Position numbers and translations under genes: made by a program. The notes under the pieces were generated by a model. It made no database searches. It was given only the letters and a program-made list of their open reading frames with translations, and was not told the DNA's origin. A DNA stretch of 64,000 bases from Salpingoeca rosetta (Eukaryota; Protista; Choanoflagellata), in contig JAWQFM010000033.1 of the NCBI GenBank assembly GCA_033442325.1, forward strand, positions 1 to 64,000, in the 5' to 3' direction. The number at the start of each line of letters is the position of its first letter. Positions within the stretch are counted from its first letter, which is position 1. Of this stretch, positions 38,292 through 64,000 are shown piece by piece.

Positions 38292-40699
38292 TCACCACCT
38301 TCTTCGCTCGGCAAGCAAGAGTTGCTCCATCTTCTTTGGCGAGCGGTCCACGAAGACTGCATCTGGGCACCACCCGTCCTCGTCCATGGTCTCACAGTTG
38401 CGCAAAACGAGGACATGCACGGGCGGAAAGCTGGCCAGGTCCTTCAACTTGCATTCCTTCAGCGTGAGGTGCTGCACGTCCTGAAAGCACCCAAAGTCGT
38501 AGATGACGCACTCCTCGAGACGGCAGAGGGTCACATGGTGCACGCGCGTGATTACCAGCTTCGTCTCCGCAAGTGCCCTGTTGTCACTGTCGTCACTGCC
38601 ATCGCCAGAATCAATGTTGGTGTCTCCGTCGCCGCTGCCATCCCCTGTAGTCACCACTGCGCCATTCAGGTCGAGGGACTTGATGGATGTCAAGCCCAGG
38701 CGCCCCCGGCACCTGCACAGACTCAGCTGCTCGCAAGACGCGAGCTCCCCTTCAAGCAAGACCTGCGTCAACTGCAGCACCTTGCGTCCAGAGAGCAAGT
38801 GCACGTCGTTGATGCGAGCGTGCCCGCGTTGGTCTTTGATGAGACTCAGGCGCGGGACGTGGCTGACGAAACTGCCTTGCACAGCGCTGCCTTCCACCAG
38901 CGCTTTGAGCTCTTTAACGCACGGTGGGACCGGGCCGTCAATCTCGAAACAGTCCAGGCACACGTGCGCATGGTCGGGGATGCCACGCACGACGCCTGCG
39001 CTTGTATGCGGCGAGTCTGCATCATCCGGAACGCGCAGCAACCGTCGAAGTACCAGCTTGTCCACGCGGTTGCTGAGGTCAACCAGCTGCTCGCTCGTCA
39101 GGTGCAGATGCGGCAGCGCAAGGCACACGACATAGGCGTGCTCAAACTTTGGAATGCATGGTGGCGTGCCAGTGGCGTCACGGATCACGAGTCTCTCGAT
39201 GCGTGGCGCACATGTGAACTGCCGCACCTTGGACCCATACCCCAGGGCAATGTCGATGGCGTTGGGCAGATGCAGCAGCTCCGGTACAGCTCTCATGTGG
39301 GAGAGGTTGACAACGGTCGCCACCGGCAGCGTGTCTGTCGGGGTGATGCTCGTGTGCGACAGCACGAGCGTTTCTGCTGTTTGACACACCGAGTGTCCCC
39401 GTACTGCTTCCGTGCCTTCGGTGGGCAGCCTCAGCTGCTTCACACCATGGAGCGGCGCAAGGTCCACGCCGGTGTCATCGCTGGCTGTTGCTAGGCCAAC
39501 GCTCGGGATTCCTGCAAATGCGCGCAGATCTTCCGTGAGCGTGCCCTTGGTGCGCAAGTCAACATGCTGGACGTTGCTGAGCTGACATGCGGTGCTGCGT
39601 TGTGTTGTTGCTGGCAGCCAGACGACGCTTGTCACGTCACGGATCGCCAAGCTGTCAATCAACGCCGAACACGCGTTGATGTGAACGTTGTCTGCATTGC
39701 TCACCGTCAGGGAGGCCAGGGGTGCCTGTGCCTGAATGAAGACGTGTTCTGCGCGCGCGTTCGCCAACACGGTCGTGCGTAGGCCTTGAAAACGCTCAGC
39801 ATCTGCTTGGCTGTTCAGGGATGCGTACAATGAGAAGACTGCCGGTGTGGGTGTGGGCATACTGTGCGCAGTGCCGAGGTCTTTGTGTTGGTTCTCGTGG
39901 CTTGGTGTCTCAAGTTCATGTGTCTGCTGCTGCGCACACGGCTCCTGAGTCTGCATCATGGGTGCGTTTCTCTTGTCCCCGCTTTCTCTGTGCGTTCTGT
40001 CTGCTGCGCCACGTTCCTCGCGAGGTTTCTGGGTTGTGGCATGCGCAGCCTGCCGTGTGTCTGCAGCCCACGCCTCCAGCTTGTCCAAGCCGCAGAAGAA
40101 GACGCGACCGCAGTGCTGAAACTTGCGCCAGAAGTTGTTGCTGTTGGGAGCCGCTGCAACGGATCGCACCTGTGCGCGAAGGAACGGGCAGGTCGCGTCC
40201 CACGTGACACCGAGCCAGCTGAAAGCGAGAAAGCGGTTCTCAAGCCAAACAGCTCAATCGTCGTCCATGCGTGTGTCGGCAGCGGCAGGAAGACGGCGCT
40301 GCCCAGCTCGCGCCTTTTGTGCCGCTCTTGTGCCTTGAAGGGAAGACAGCAGGCGGCGCTGGAAGCTGTCCACAAAGGTTTTGCTGGCCCACACGGATTG
40401 GCGTGGGTGATTGAGCAAAGCAGCAAGACACCACCTGGGCATGGCCCATGGCAAGTCGTGATACAACTCACGGCACGTGAACATCAACGCGATGAACGTG
40501 CGCACGCGCTGGTCTTGGTGACGTTGGTCGTGAACATCACCCTGCACAACCGCAGCAACATCCTCTTCGTCAGCGTCGCAGCAAATGCACAGGAACCGGA
40601 TGAGGACGATGCATGCGGGCGATCTCTCCCATCTGCCAGCAACAGCAGGTGTTCAGCAACCAGTGCCCACTCTGCCCGCATCGCGAGGACTGACAACAA
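38292..40699 (-). pseudogene. Apparently intronless F-box-like + degenerate LRR-like gene with one in-frame TGA (40254-40256) and a probable 5' frameshift
   Basis: ORFs 40254..40547 and 38292..40169 are the same frame, separated only by TGA. F-box-like LLSVLAMRAEWALVAEHL (different frame) and FIALMFTCRELY. LRR-like VQHLTLKECKLKDLASF, VQHVDLR and IKSLDLNG. Confidence 0.5.
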
Positions 40700-41142
40700 G
40701 TGAAACAGGGGAGCGGATGGATGGAGGGATGGCTTCTTGCTGCTTTGCTGGATGCAGGTGGATGCAGGACAGCGAGTGCGGAGCGCTGTCTTCTTCGCTT
40801 GTTTGTTGTGATTGTAGAAAAGTCGTTGAAAGTTTTAACCAATTTTCCGCGCGCAACCACAAGCAAACGAACAAGGACAACAAAGGACAACAACAAGCAA
40901 CGCGAGCTCAACAACAGCCACCACACAATGACTTCACTGTGACGGCAACCGCCGTCATGGTCGCATCATCATCCCCTCTCCTCACCGCTGCAGCTGCTTC
41001 CGTTCTTCGAGGTCTGCTTGCGTTGACTGGTCTATCAACTGACAGTGACACAAGCACTGTTTGCCTCATCGACCACAAACCTCGGCGTGCATTTTCCCCC
41101 TTTACCCTGGCTTCTCTGATCTGATGCACACGCACACGTCAC

Positions 41143-43128
41143 ATGGCGGGTGAGTGCCGGGCAGCAGCACCAACAGCACCAGCAGCAGCAGCAGCACCGG
41201 CAGCACCAACAGCTGAAATGCACCCACACCCGCGCGCGCACCCACGCGCGCACTTGCGCTTGCCCTCGCGTTGCGCTGGTACCATGGTGGCCATGACAGT
41301 GGTGCTGATGGTGGCAGTGATGGCGGGCAGCCGCCACCAGTGCGCGGCTCAGGACTTTAAGCCCAACTTCTACTGCACAGACAACCCGTGCAATGACGTG
41401 TCGTACGAGGTGCCCGGCGAAACGGGCTGTCCCCACACGGACCACGCTTGCCTGTGCGTGGACGAGGCGTTTGTGGAGGGCTTTCCGGCCGGCTGCGAGT
41501 GCAGGGATGGCCTGACCAAGACGGTGGACACAAGCGGCACAAGCCCGAGCGGATTCGTGTGTGGGCCATGCACCGTGTGCGACCACTTCCACTTTAAAGC
41601 GTCCCCTTGCATGCCAGAACAGGACACCGTGTGCGTGAACTGCGCAACCGCGTGTGAGCCCGGAGCATATGTGGACGCTTGTGGCTCGTCGAGCGTCGCG
41701 TGTGAGCCCTGCACCTCATGCGAGGCACAGTCTCGGTTTGAGGCGGCGCCATGCACGTCAACGTCCGACACCCTCTGCTGTGACGCCTGCGCGGATGCCG
41801 AGCAGTTTGTCGCGGAACCGTGCATGAAAACATCAGCGGCCACCTGCACTGCGTGCACGCGGTGCGTGGATGGGCTTGAGTTTGAGCTGCGTGCATGCGG
41901 CCTCACCACGGACCGTGTGTGCCAGGCATGCACAACGACATGCGCTGGTCCGCACGAGCACGTTGTGACGCCTTGCACCCCCACATCTGACGCTCAATGT
42001 GGCTGCCTTCCCGGCTACTTTGAGTCAGTCCCAGAGACACCAACCTCCTCGCGGGAATGCATCCCTTGCCCACAGGGAACCACCGACCACGACCGAGATG
42101 GCACCACCGCCTGCATGGCGTGCCCGTTTGCCATCACCAACACCACCGCCAACACGGGGTCCTGCGAGGAGCTGCAGTGTGCCCCGGGCACGGCGGGATC
42201 CCAGAGCTGCCAGCCGTGTGCGCCGCCCTCACACTACCAGCCGCTTGGTGGCCAGACCATGTGCCTCAACACAACACTGTGCCGCCCGGGCTTTGTCGAG
42301 GAGCAGCCGCCATCGCCGACAACCGACCGCGTTTGTGTCGCGTGTGGACATGGCACGTTCAGCAACGTCACCGCAGATGGTGCAGGGTCGTGTGTCAACT
42401 GGCGCACGTGTGCCGTGCTGACCGAGCAATATATCCTGGGCGACGGCACCAGCAGCACTGATCGCGTGTGCGCTGCTTTGACGCCGTGTACACCGTCTCA
42501 GTTTGAACAGCAACCGCCGACCCGGTTTCATGATCGTGTGTGTGCAAACATATCTGCACCCTGTGACGTCGGCAGCACCGAGTATGAGGTGCGTGATGTG
42601 TGTGTGTGTGTTTGTTTGCGTGTGTGTATGCATATTGTGTGTGTGTGCGTGTGTGTGTGTGTACGTGAGTGTATGTTTGTTTGCGTGTATGTATGCATTT
42701 TGTGTGTGTGTGTGTGTGTGTGTGGTTGCACATACGTTTATACATGCTTGTGTGGTGTGTGTGTGTGTGTGTGTGGCTGTACGCACCTTTGTGCGTGCTG
42801 GTGCGTATTGGGCTTGTTGCTTCAATTGTGCCCTGACTCATCACGTCATGCCACTGCTATACGTTGTGGTACGCTGGCTGCCCCTGATGGTGCTGTGACT
42901 GCTGCTCTTGCTGCTGGCTCGAGTTGGTATCCTTGTGTACGATGGTCAAGCGTACGAGCTCGTCTGCAACACCAAGACCGGCGACATCTCACTCGATGGT
43001 TCCTCGCCCTCTTTTGCAGCAGAATCGTGCAAGGCCATCAACGCTGTGTGCGTCGTTTGTGTATCCGTGTGTGTGTCGGTGTGTGTGTGTAGTGTGTGTG
43101 TTAGTGTGTGTGTGTGTGTTAGTGTGTG

Positions 43129-43184
<56 letters not shown>

Positions 43185-43366
43185 TGTGTGTGAGTGAGTG
43201 TGCGGTGTTACATTCCACTGTCTCTTCCCTGGATCACTGCGGGCCTTCAAGGCCCCTTCAAAGTGAGCACACGGTGTTCCCTATATGTTCCATGTTGACT
43301 CTCATAATCCCGTCGCGCTGCGCGCGCTCTCAGGCCGCGCCAAGAACGACAACGATCGACTTCAAC

Positions 43367-43397
<31 letters not shown>

Positions 43398-43876
43398 CGT
43401 GTGTGTGTGTTTGTGTTTGTGTGTGTGTGTGTATGTGAGCGTGTGTGTGTGAGCGTGTGTGTCTGTGAGTTGCTGCGTGGTTCTGTGCACCCGTGCTGAC
43501 ACCGTGTCTCGCTCGTGTACGTACCTGCCTGTCTACACCCACCGTCTTACTGGCCCTGACCGCCCCTCATTCTCTCCTTCCTCCTCTCCAACCCCTTACC
43601 CGCCCCCACCTCCACACAACAGAGATGCACACGCTGTTGTGCGACGATGACAGGGACTCGTATCCCGATGGGCACTGGATCGCCATCGAGAAGACACCAG
43701 GCAGCAACAACTTTGTCGCTCGCGACTGCATGACCGGCAATGTCGACTGCTGCAGTCGACAGCTCGTCGACAACTTTGACACGTTCCCGCTGCGGCTGCG
43801 TGGGTGCGCGAGCATCAACACCGGTGGCGGTGCCCTTGTCTATTCTTCTTCCTCAACACTGCGCATCCGGATCTGA
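41143..43876 (+). CDS. Secreted Cys-rich repeat protein (TNFR-like / PTxTxDRVC repeats), multi-exon
   Basis: Hydrophobic MVAMTVVLMVAVMAG..CAAQ. Exon 41143-42588 ends GAG|GTGCGT and has many CxxCTxC and TTDRVC motifs. Later exons at ~42923-43045, ~43334-43366 and ~43623-43876 are less certain. Confidence 0.75.
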
Positions 43877-44375
43877 GCGGCTCAGATGATGGTCGGACAT
43901 ATCCCAGTAGATCTGTGGTGTCTCTAGTTACCCTCCATTCAGCTTCCCCCATTGATCTTTGAACAAGGTTGTTCTGTCACTTTCATCGCGTTTGCAGGAG
44001 CCACCTCCCGCCCCTGCTCTATCATATTATGCTACGTATTGCGTAGTTCCTAGTACCGACTCGTGTCGTTCCTCAACGCGTGAGCACCATAATCGCATCC
44101 GCTTTCACCCCGCACCAAACCAAATCAACCTCGCCGCGCCCAGTTCACCGTTGTTGCCAGCTGCCCCGCACGCAAACCTGTCCTTGCGCGCGCAATTTTC
44201 AAGGAATCGGCGTTTAGTCGGCGTTTGGTTGCCCGCCTGTCGGGATTCCATGCAGATTTACGAAATCGAACTGCGGAGCGCATTTTCACATGCCCAAGAA
44301 GACAACAGGACGATGGCAGAGCGGATATGGCAGCGGCGAGCCACGCGAGCGGAGCTGCCACGACGACAGAGAAGC

Positions 44376-57090
<12,715 letters not shown>

Positions 57091-57121
57091 TGCACGATGG
57101 ACGGAATGCGTGCGTGTGTGT

Positions 57122-57172
<51 letters not shown>

Positions 57173-57652
57173 TGCCTGAAAAGGCACCGACGTTGGTCCG
57201 TGAGTTGCGGCATGACTTGCCTTCGTGCGCTTGAAATGTTCACGTGAGCCCCATTATTTTGAGTTCATGTGCGATGGCCCAGAATTGCGTTGGCTGCCAC
57301 GTTCGATTAGCGTTCCCAGGTTTTGCTTCGTTCGGTCATGTTACAGTTAGCTTTCCCGTCGCGTTTGGCTTCTTGCGTTTTTCGGTAGCCGCGTTTGCTT
57401 AGTTTCCTTCTTGCAGTTCCTCGTAGTGTCGTGAGTGCCGTCCCCCTTGCGCATCGCTGCTGGCTCAGTGCTGTCATGCGGGGTCAGTCGCATTTTGCTC
57501 AGTAAAGCCGAAACAGCTGATGATTGAAGGTGGTGCGTTTACAATGGAAAGTGTGTTCTCCCAGAAACACAACCCACAATCCACACAAACACACACACAT
57601 GCACACCACACAACACAGCGCAGTGTTCCTTCCTCCTATTGCTTGCAGTGGT

Positions 57653-58187
57653 GGTGATTCCACTTTGCATGTTCAATCGTTTTCCAACAACAATGCATGG
57701 GGACAGAGCATCGACATGAAGAGACGACAACAGCCCTCACACGGGCACACAGTCAACACCAACACGCACATGTCCCACAGCTTCACCTTCGATCCAAGCA
57801 AGAGAGGAAAGCAGAAACAGAGCACAGCACTGCTCAAGATACCAGCAGCATCGCATGGTGCCACTTGCAGTGCAGCCAAACAGCCAAGTGCAACGTGGCC
57901 TGCACCAACAACAACAACAAGGGCGCAGTCATCCACCAGCCACCACTGTGTGTCAGGGTACTGCAGGGCAAAGAAGACACACAAAGCGGGTCAGTGCTGT
58001 ACTTGAACGCCTTGCACCAGTCCATCAAGCAAGTCCCTCCAGTGTCAGCTGCACTTGGTTGCCGTCCTTGTTAGCTGGTGGTGCTGGTGTCGTTTGCACC
58101 GTGTGCCGTGGATGGCCTGTGTGATGAAGCAGAACGCATCCAGCAGCACCACGATGGTGTCAGGTGAAAGAAGTCGACGCTGTCGCG
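57653..58187. repeat. Dispersed ~535-bp repeat, copy 2
   Basis: Same orientation as, and colinear with, 20746-21280. Confidence 0.85.
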
Positions 58188-59351
58188 CACATCCATCAAG
58201 CCTGCTTGTGTGGTTCACGAGACAAGTCCACGCACGCGCAAGTCAGTACCAGCAAGAGTGAGTGACGGAGGTGTGTATGTGTGTGTGTGTGTGCGGGCAT
58301 CACAGCAGGTGATGTGGAGAACACCACGAGGGAGCTGCAAGCGTGCCATCACATGGAAGCAAACCATCATCAGCCGCAACACACACGCATGGACTCACTC
58401 ACAAGCAGCGATGACGCTGCCGCTGCCACTTGCCACTGCCATGGTCTCCTCATGCATCGACAATGCCGTCGTCAGCCAGTGAGCCCGCTAGCCAGCCAGC
58501 TTTCAGTCAGGAACGGAGTGTCCAACATCGTCGTAGGGGCAGCAGGCTAAGGAGGATCTTGCATGGTTCTTCTCATGCGATTCACACCACCACCACCTCC
58601 TTGTCCGTCTCAGCCCATGCTGCTGCTGCTGGTGCTGCTTTGGTGGCGAGCAAAGAGAAGGAGGCAGCCATTCATTCGGGGTTGCCACCACGTCGGCTAG
58701 CGTTGGCACCACCGCTGATCCATGCATGGAGTGCAATGGTGGCTGATGGTTGGTTGGTTGAGTGAGATTTGAGTGTGTGTTGGAGAAGGAAGGATGGAAC
58801 ACGGGCTGAGGTGGAGGAAGGAGGAAGGAAGGAAGGGAAATGGTGCTGTGGGTGTTGGCGGTTGTGCAGTCACACCAGTCAGTCAGTCAGTCAGTGGGAG
58901 AGAAGGAAGAGAGAGAGAGAAGGGAAGAAAGATGTGGTGCACACTTCTGCACTTGACATGGAGCAGCGCTCTCACCAGAGCAGAGAGAGGAGGGGAGAAG
59001 GGGAGGTAAGAGGGGAGAGGAGAGAGGGGAGAGGAGGCATTGCAGCACAATCAACTCGTCCACTGGCTGGTTGGCTGGTTTGTCGAGAGTGGTGGTTGTG
59101 GTTGTGTGCAGACAGCAAGAAGCAAGAAGGGAAAAACAAACAAAGGAGAAGGACAGCTGGCTGGCTGCTTTGTGGAGGAAGATATGGGGAGTTTTCGTGG
59201 CTGGCGAGAGAGGAATGGTGGAAGTCTTGATGTACTTTTCGCCAAGCCACGAGAACGACAAAGCAGAAAGCTGGCGCGTCCGCTCCATTTTGCGTCGCCA
59301 GCCACAACAAGCAAGCAAGCAAAGGAGCCAGTGGACAGCAGCCACGTTCGG

Positions 59352-59414
<63 letters not shown>

Positions 59415-59521
59415 CACACACACACACACACAAAGCAAGGCAGAGAGTGTGGAACAAGAACCTCCTGCCACCTCGAGCGACAACTCAGAGCTCAGCAGCA
59501 CGAGCACAGTGGGCATCAGCC

Positions 59522-62500
59522 ATGGCTGGCGGAGAGAAGCGGGCGAGGAAGGAGGTGGAAGCCTTGCTGGCGCAGTCGGACTTGGAGGATGAGGCAAACG
59601 ACACGATAAGGACCATCGCCAACAACACGTGCGGGGACGTTGTGAGGTGAGTGTAAACAAGTGAAGTGACAGTTTAGCACATGTGTGTGTGTTTGTGTGT
59701 TGGACGAAGAAAAACGCAGGACACCCGCTTGCTTGTGCTTGTTATCCCTCGCTTGCAGGCTGGCTTGTCCGCTCCTCGAAGGCTTGCTGTGTCTTGCTTC
59801 TGCTTGGCGCGTTTGTGCACTCGCCTGCGCGTCCAATTGCACAACCCAAACACACAAACACAGAGCGTGCTACTGACAGACAGTAATCGACGCCCTCGTG
59901 TCTCTCACAACTTCCTAACTCCCTGGCTCATGACGACCAATCAACAATTGCAGCTTGGGTTTCGAAGGGCTCGGCGTTGATGGTGCGCGTGCAGTGGCCG
60001 AGGCGCTCAGGCACAACACCTGTCTCAAGATTCTCGAGTAAGTGGTGGTGTCGATGGCATGGTGTAACAGGATAGGCTGGTAGATTGGTGCTACACGCCC
60101 GATTTCTCCTCATTCTAATCTTCGCTTTTTGCACATTTCGGGCGTGCTCGCCCTTGCACTTTGGCTCCCGTGTATGCACAGCCTGATTGGTAGCGCCATT
60201 GCCGAGAAAGGCGCCGTGGCACTGGCGAAGATTCTTAAGCACGACGCAACACTCAAAGAACTCATGTGAGCTTGGATGTCAATGCGGTAAAGGCGCCGCT
60301 TGCTTGAGAATACGATTGTGTGGGAGGTGGTGAAGGTAAAACTCTTCTTTGGCAACCACTGTGCTTTTGCCCCAGTCATTGCTGCTCACAATCTTGTGCG
60401 CCGGCATGGAACACCACTCGTGCCTGTCTCCTCTCTTTGTTTGGATTGACAGCCTGCGGAAGAACGCCATCTGCAATGACGGCGCAAGGGCATTGGCGCT
60501 GATGCTGAAGCACAACTCAACCCTCACAAGTCTCGAGTGAGTGTGGGCACACACAAATCCATTGAAGGCACCTGCTTTGGCGTGCGTTCACGCATGTGTT
60601 CAAGTGCACTGACTGCTGGCCATGTACCATGCTTACCGTCAGCGCACCCCCCTTCTGCGTGTTGACTGTCTTTCATCCTTACCTTTCCCTGGCAATGCTT
60701 TTAGCCTGAGCCACAACTCCATCAGCGACCATGGCGCTGAGGAATTGGGACAGATGCTTCAGCACAACACATCCCTCAAAGAACTTGAGTAAGTGGCAGA
60801 CACGTGCTTTCAAGCCATACATTTATTCGTGCATCTCGAGGCTGCTCGTGTGTGCACTTGTGCAGGCCAGGCATAGTACACACTGCTTGTTACTCGTCGC
60901 GCGTGTCACTCTCCCAGTGCTCTCAAAGCTGCCATCAATTAACACCCCCTCTCTCTTTTGCTTTCCTTGACAGCCTGAATAACAACCGCATCAGCGACGT
61001 GGGCGCTGAAGTATTGGCGGAGATGCTGAAGCACAACACAGCCATCAGGAATCTGGAGTGAGTGTAGATCTAGAAATTTAAAGATACCCACATAGATATA
61101 TACATCGATGTATATATGTATGCATATGCGCTCTGCAAAGACACCCGATTTCACCGTGTGGTTTGGTTTGGCGTGCATGCACCTGCACAGCAAGCCAGTC
61201 GCTGCTGTCCACAAATTTTGCTTGTCGCCACTCAACACATCCCCTTCCACATGCACATTACCATCAACTCCTGCTCGCCTTCTGTGTGGGATGCCAGCCT
61301 GCGAAAGAATTCCATCGGCTTCAACGGCGTCGCGGCTTTGGTGGTCATGTTGAAACACAACATGACAATCACGAATCTCAAGTGAGTGTGGAGACACAGG
61401 AAACGACTGACACTGCATGCACCAACAAACCGCACCTCCGCCACATGTGTTACTCAGCTGCCTTTCTGGTTATGTCTTCTTTTTGGCTTGTTGGTAAGCT
61501 CCTCACATACATCACCATGTCACCAAACAGCCTTTCAGAGCATTGTCTCACGGAACGCGAAGTGTTGGGTGTACTCGAGCTTCTACAGTACGTCCACACA
61601 AAAGCAAAGATTCGGTGAGTTGATGAAATTGTTTCTCTCCTCACAACAGATAACACGTCACCGACTTCTCTTCCAGCTCACATACCCTTCTTTGCCTCCA
61701 AGGTTGTGCAAGCCCGTCCTCAAGTCTTCGACTGCGGTCGCCCGTGCCCTGGCTACGCTCCACACAAAGCGGCCAGACATCCTCGTGCATATTTTGTAAG
61801 TCACAGCGACATGTGTGTGGACTGTCTTGTGTTTGCGAAGGAGTTGGCTCACTTTTTTTCACATGACCTTGCGACTGTATGACGCGCGATGTCTTTCTTG
61901 CGGGTGTTTTTCGATGGGAGACAGCTTTGACCCAACTGCAAAGACCGCTTACCAGGAACAGATTCAACTGCTCAAATCACTACAGCCCGGCCCAATTCCT
62001 CTTGAGACAGCAAAGGTGTTTATGTGCGGCGATTACGGCATTGGCAAAACGACCATGATCGAGTCGCTGGCTGGAAGCTATTTTCGCCAATTGCTGTTTG
62101 CGGCCTGGCAACCACGTGACGATCCAGACCGTCCAAATGAGCGTACACCCGGAATCCGGGTTTGTGAAATGAAACTCCAAGACACCACAAGCCACACCAG
62201 CGATGAAGTCGCTTCCTTGCGTGTCTACGACTTTGGAGGACAGTGGGCCTATCACGTCATTCACACCCTGATGATGTCTGATCGATTTGCCGCCTTTGTC
62301 GTTTGCGTCGACCTCTCCCAGCCTGAACAGCACGTGAAGGAACACGTCAACTACTGGCTTCGTTTCATCTGCACAAGACTCCAGCAAGGTGTAGCAGCTG
62401 CCACCGCAACCGCAGATGGAGACGGGATAGAAAACACGAAGCCGCGTGTTCTCATCGTTGGAACGAAGAGGGACCTTGCCTTCCAGAAGACCCTTGTGGA

Positions 62501-64000
62501 TGAACGTGGACAGCCCCCTTGGGGTGCAGCAATGGTCGCCCATCTGAAGAGAACGTTCGGCGGCATCGTTGACATCCAAGATCCCCTCATCTCACTCAAC
62601 TGTTATCAAAGTGGTGAGGCCGGATTTATTGAGCTCCGGGCACAACTTTTTCAACACTGGTGTCAGCTGAAGGAACGCAAGCTTGTCGTCCCCAGAGTCG
62701 TGGATCTGCTTGCCACAACCCTCCAATCAGCCCGGAAAGAGAAACCAGCGTGGACCATTGATGCCCTCTTTCAGTTTACCCTAACACATGCCCCTGGACT
62801 CGGTTTGACCTCCTTTGGCATGCCAACGTTTTATTCTGCGTTGAGGTACTCTTGAAACGCCTTGCTCATTTGTCATCCATGTTGTGCAAACAGTTCACTG
62901 ACTTCAGTGCAAATGCTAGAATTCTGACACATCCGCTGCCCCTGTTACCTATGCTTCTCACACATGTTCGCAGGTACCTCCACGCACGCGGCGATTTGCT
63001 GTGGTACTCGAACAACCCCTCCTTGCAGGATTCTGTCTTCGTCGACCCCAACTGGCTGCTTCATGACGTGCTGGGGAGAGCACTGACGCCGGATGGCGTG
63101 CAGCAAGGCTCCATCACCACGAAAGGTGTCGTAACATTCACGGACCTGGAAACCGCATTTGATGGCGTCGCCAGCGCAGACCTCGTCATCAACGTGCTGC
63201 AGCACACGCTCCTCTGCTTCGAGCTGTCGCCTTCTGACGATGGGCAACGGCGATTCATGCTGCCGAGCCGCGTTGAGGAGGAGGTCGATCTCGCAACCGC
63301 CTGGTCACGAAGCAAGTGGCCGCTCTACGCCGGACGACGGCTGGTGGTCGAGAACCACGCGCTTGCGCTGCCACCTGGCTTCTTTCCGCACGTGCAGACA
63401 CTGCTGCACAAATCGTTTGGGGCAACACTGAAGGTGTGGCAAGATGCCTTCTTCTGCAAGCGCGATGGCGTGCAATGCCTTGGACTTCTGCGAGATGATC
63501 GAGAAGTGGACGTGTGGGTTCGCGCATCCGCTGGTGCAGAGTGCAGCGCTTGGAGCTGCATGATGGAGGTAAGGACGAACAGATGTGCGTGAATTGACGC
63601 GCATATGTGTGCATGCGTGTCTTGCCAATGTGGTGGGTTGTAGCTGAATCTGCGTTTGTCTTCACAGCGATTTCCTTCTTCCTTTCACGTCCGTTTGCTT
63701 TCACAAACCACCACAGATCGTCTCCTTCCTGCAAGAAGATGCGAGCGGCATCGACCACGTCCAACACGTCCTCAGCGTGAATCACTTGCAGCAGCACCAC
63801 GATTACCCCGCCAGCCGCCCCATCACAGACCTGGAGGACCTCGCCTTGCATGACCTCGTCGACTTCGCAGACGACGACAATCCACCCACGCGACTCGGGG
63901 ATCTGCTCGTACATAACCCCATCCTGACAGCACGCTGGCACCAACCTGGGCACGAGTGGCACCACCCTCGTTGGCGACTTGATGACAGCTTCGACCGCTC
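59522..64000 (+). CDS. Roco protein (RI/NLRC3-type LRRs + ROC GTPase + COR); 3' end beyond the window
   Basis: Exon 1 59522-59646. 84-nt LRR exons 59954-60037, 60182-60265, 60453-60536, 60705-60788, 60974-61057, 61298-61381 and 61531-61614; linker exon 61703-61795. ROC exon 61925-62845 (GDYGIGKTT, RTPGI, YDFGGQ, VGTKRD). COR exon 62974-63568 (YLHARGDLLW, VFVDPNWL). Exon from 63717 is open to the end. Confidence 0.92.

Noticed and set aside
40254-40256. Selenocysteine or readthrough TGA
   Set aside because: No redox motif context and no SECIS identified; a second lesion upstream favours pseudogenisation.
59071-59521. Upstream ATG extension of the Roco gene
   Set aside because: It crosses a (CA)n tract and is in a different frame from the exon that splices to the LRR exons.

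Overview
Eukaryotic, intron-rich DNA with (CA)n/(GT)n-laden introns and four N gaps. The gene content (a HYR/CAP-Gly receptor tyrosine kinase, a 42-aa TPR family gene, a Roco gene) points to a choanoflagellate such as Salpingoeca rosetta; this is an inference. From left to right: a polyQ-rich gene running off the left edge; about 8.6 kb of microsatellite-rich sequence with no recognisable gene; a 5S rRNA gene cut by a gap; a 14-kb mosaic of decayed, mostly intron-retaining gene fragments (WSC-GH3 glycosidase, Cys-rich surface protein, WD40, ubiquitin E1, FANCD2); an intact two-exon gene encoding a TIR/HET-like domain with its catalytic Glu plus a position-specifically hypervariable TPR array, whose intron holds a young full-length Ty1/copia element (224-bp LTRs, CAGTG TSD); a disrupted F-box-like/LRR-like gene; a secreted Cys-rich gene; a large RTK (C-type lectins, Cys-rich, cadherin-like, HYR, TM, tyrosine kinase, Tyr-motif tail, CAP-Gly); and an LRR-ROC-COR (Roco) gene whose LRRs are each encoded by one 84-nt symmetric exon. 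The best candidate for an undescribed system is the TIR-TPR receptor, possibly together with the neighbouring modular Roco, as a diversifying innate-recognition locus.
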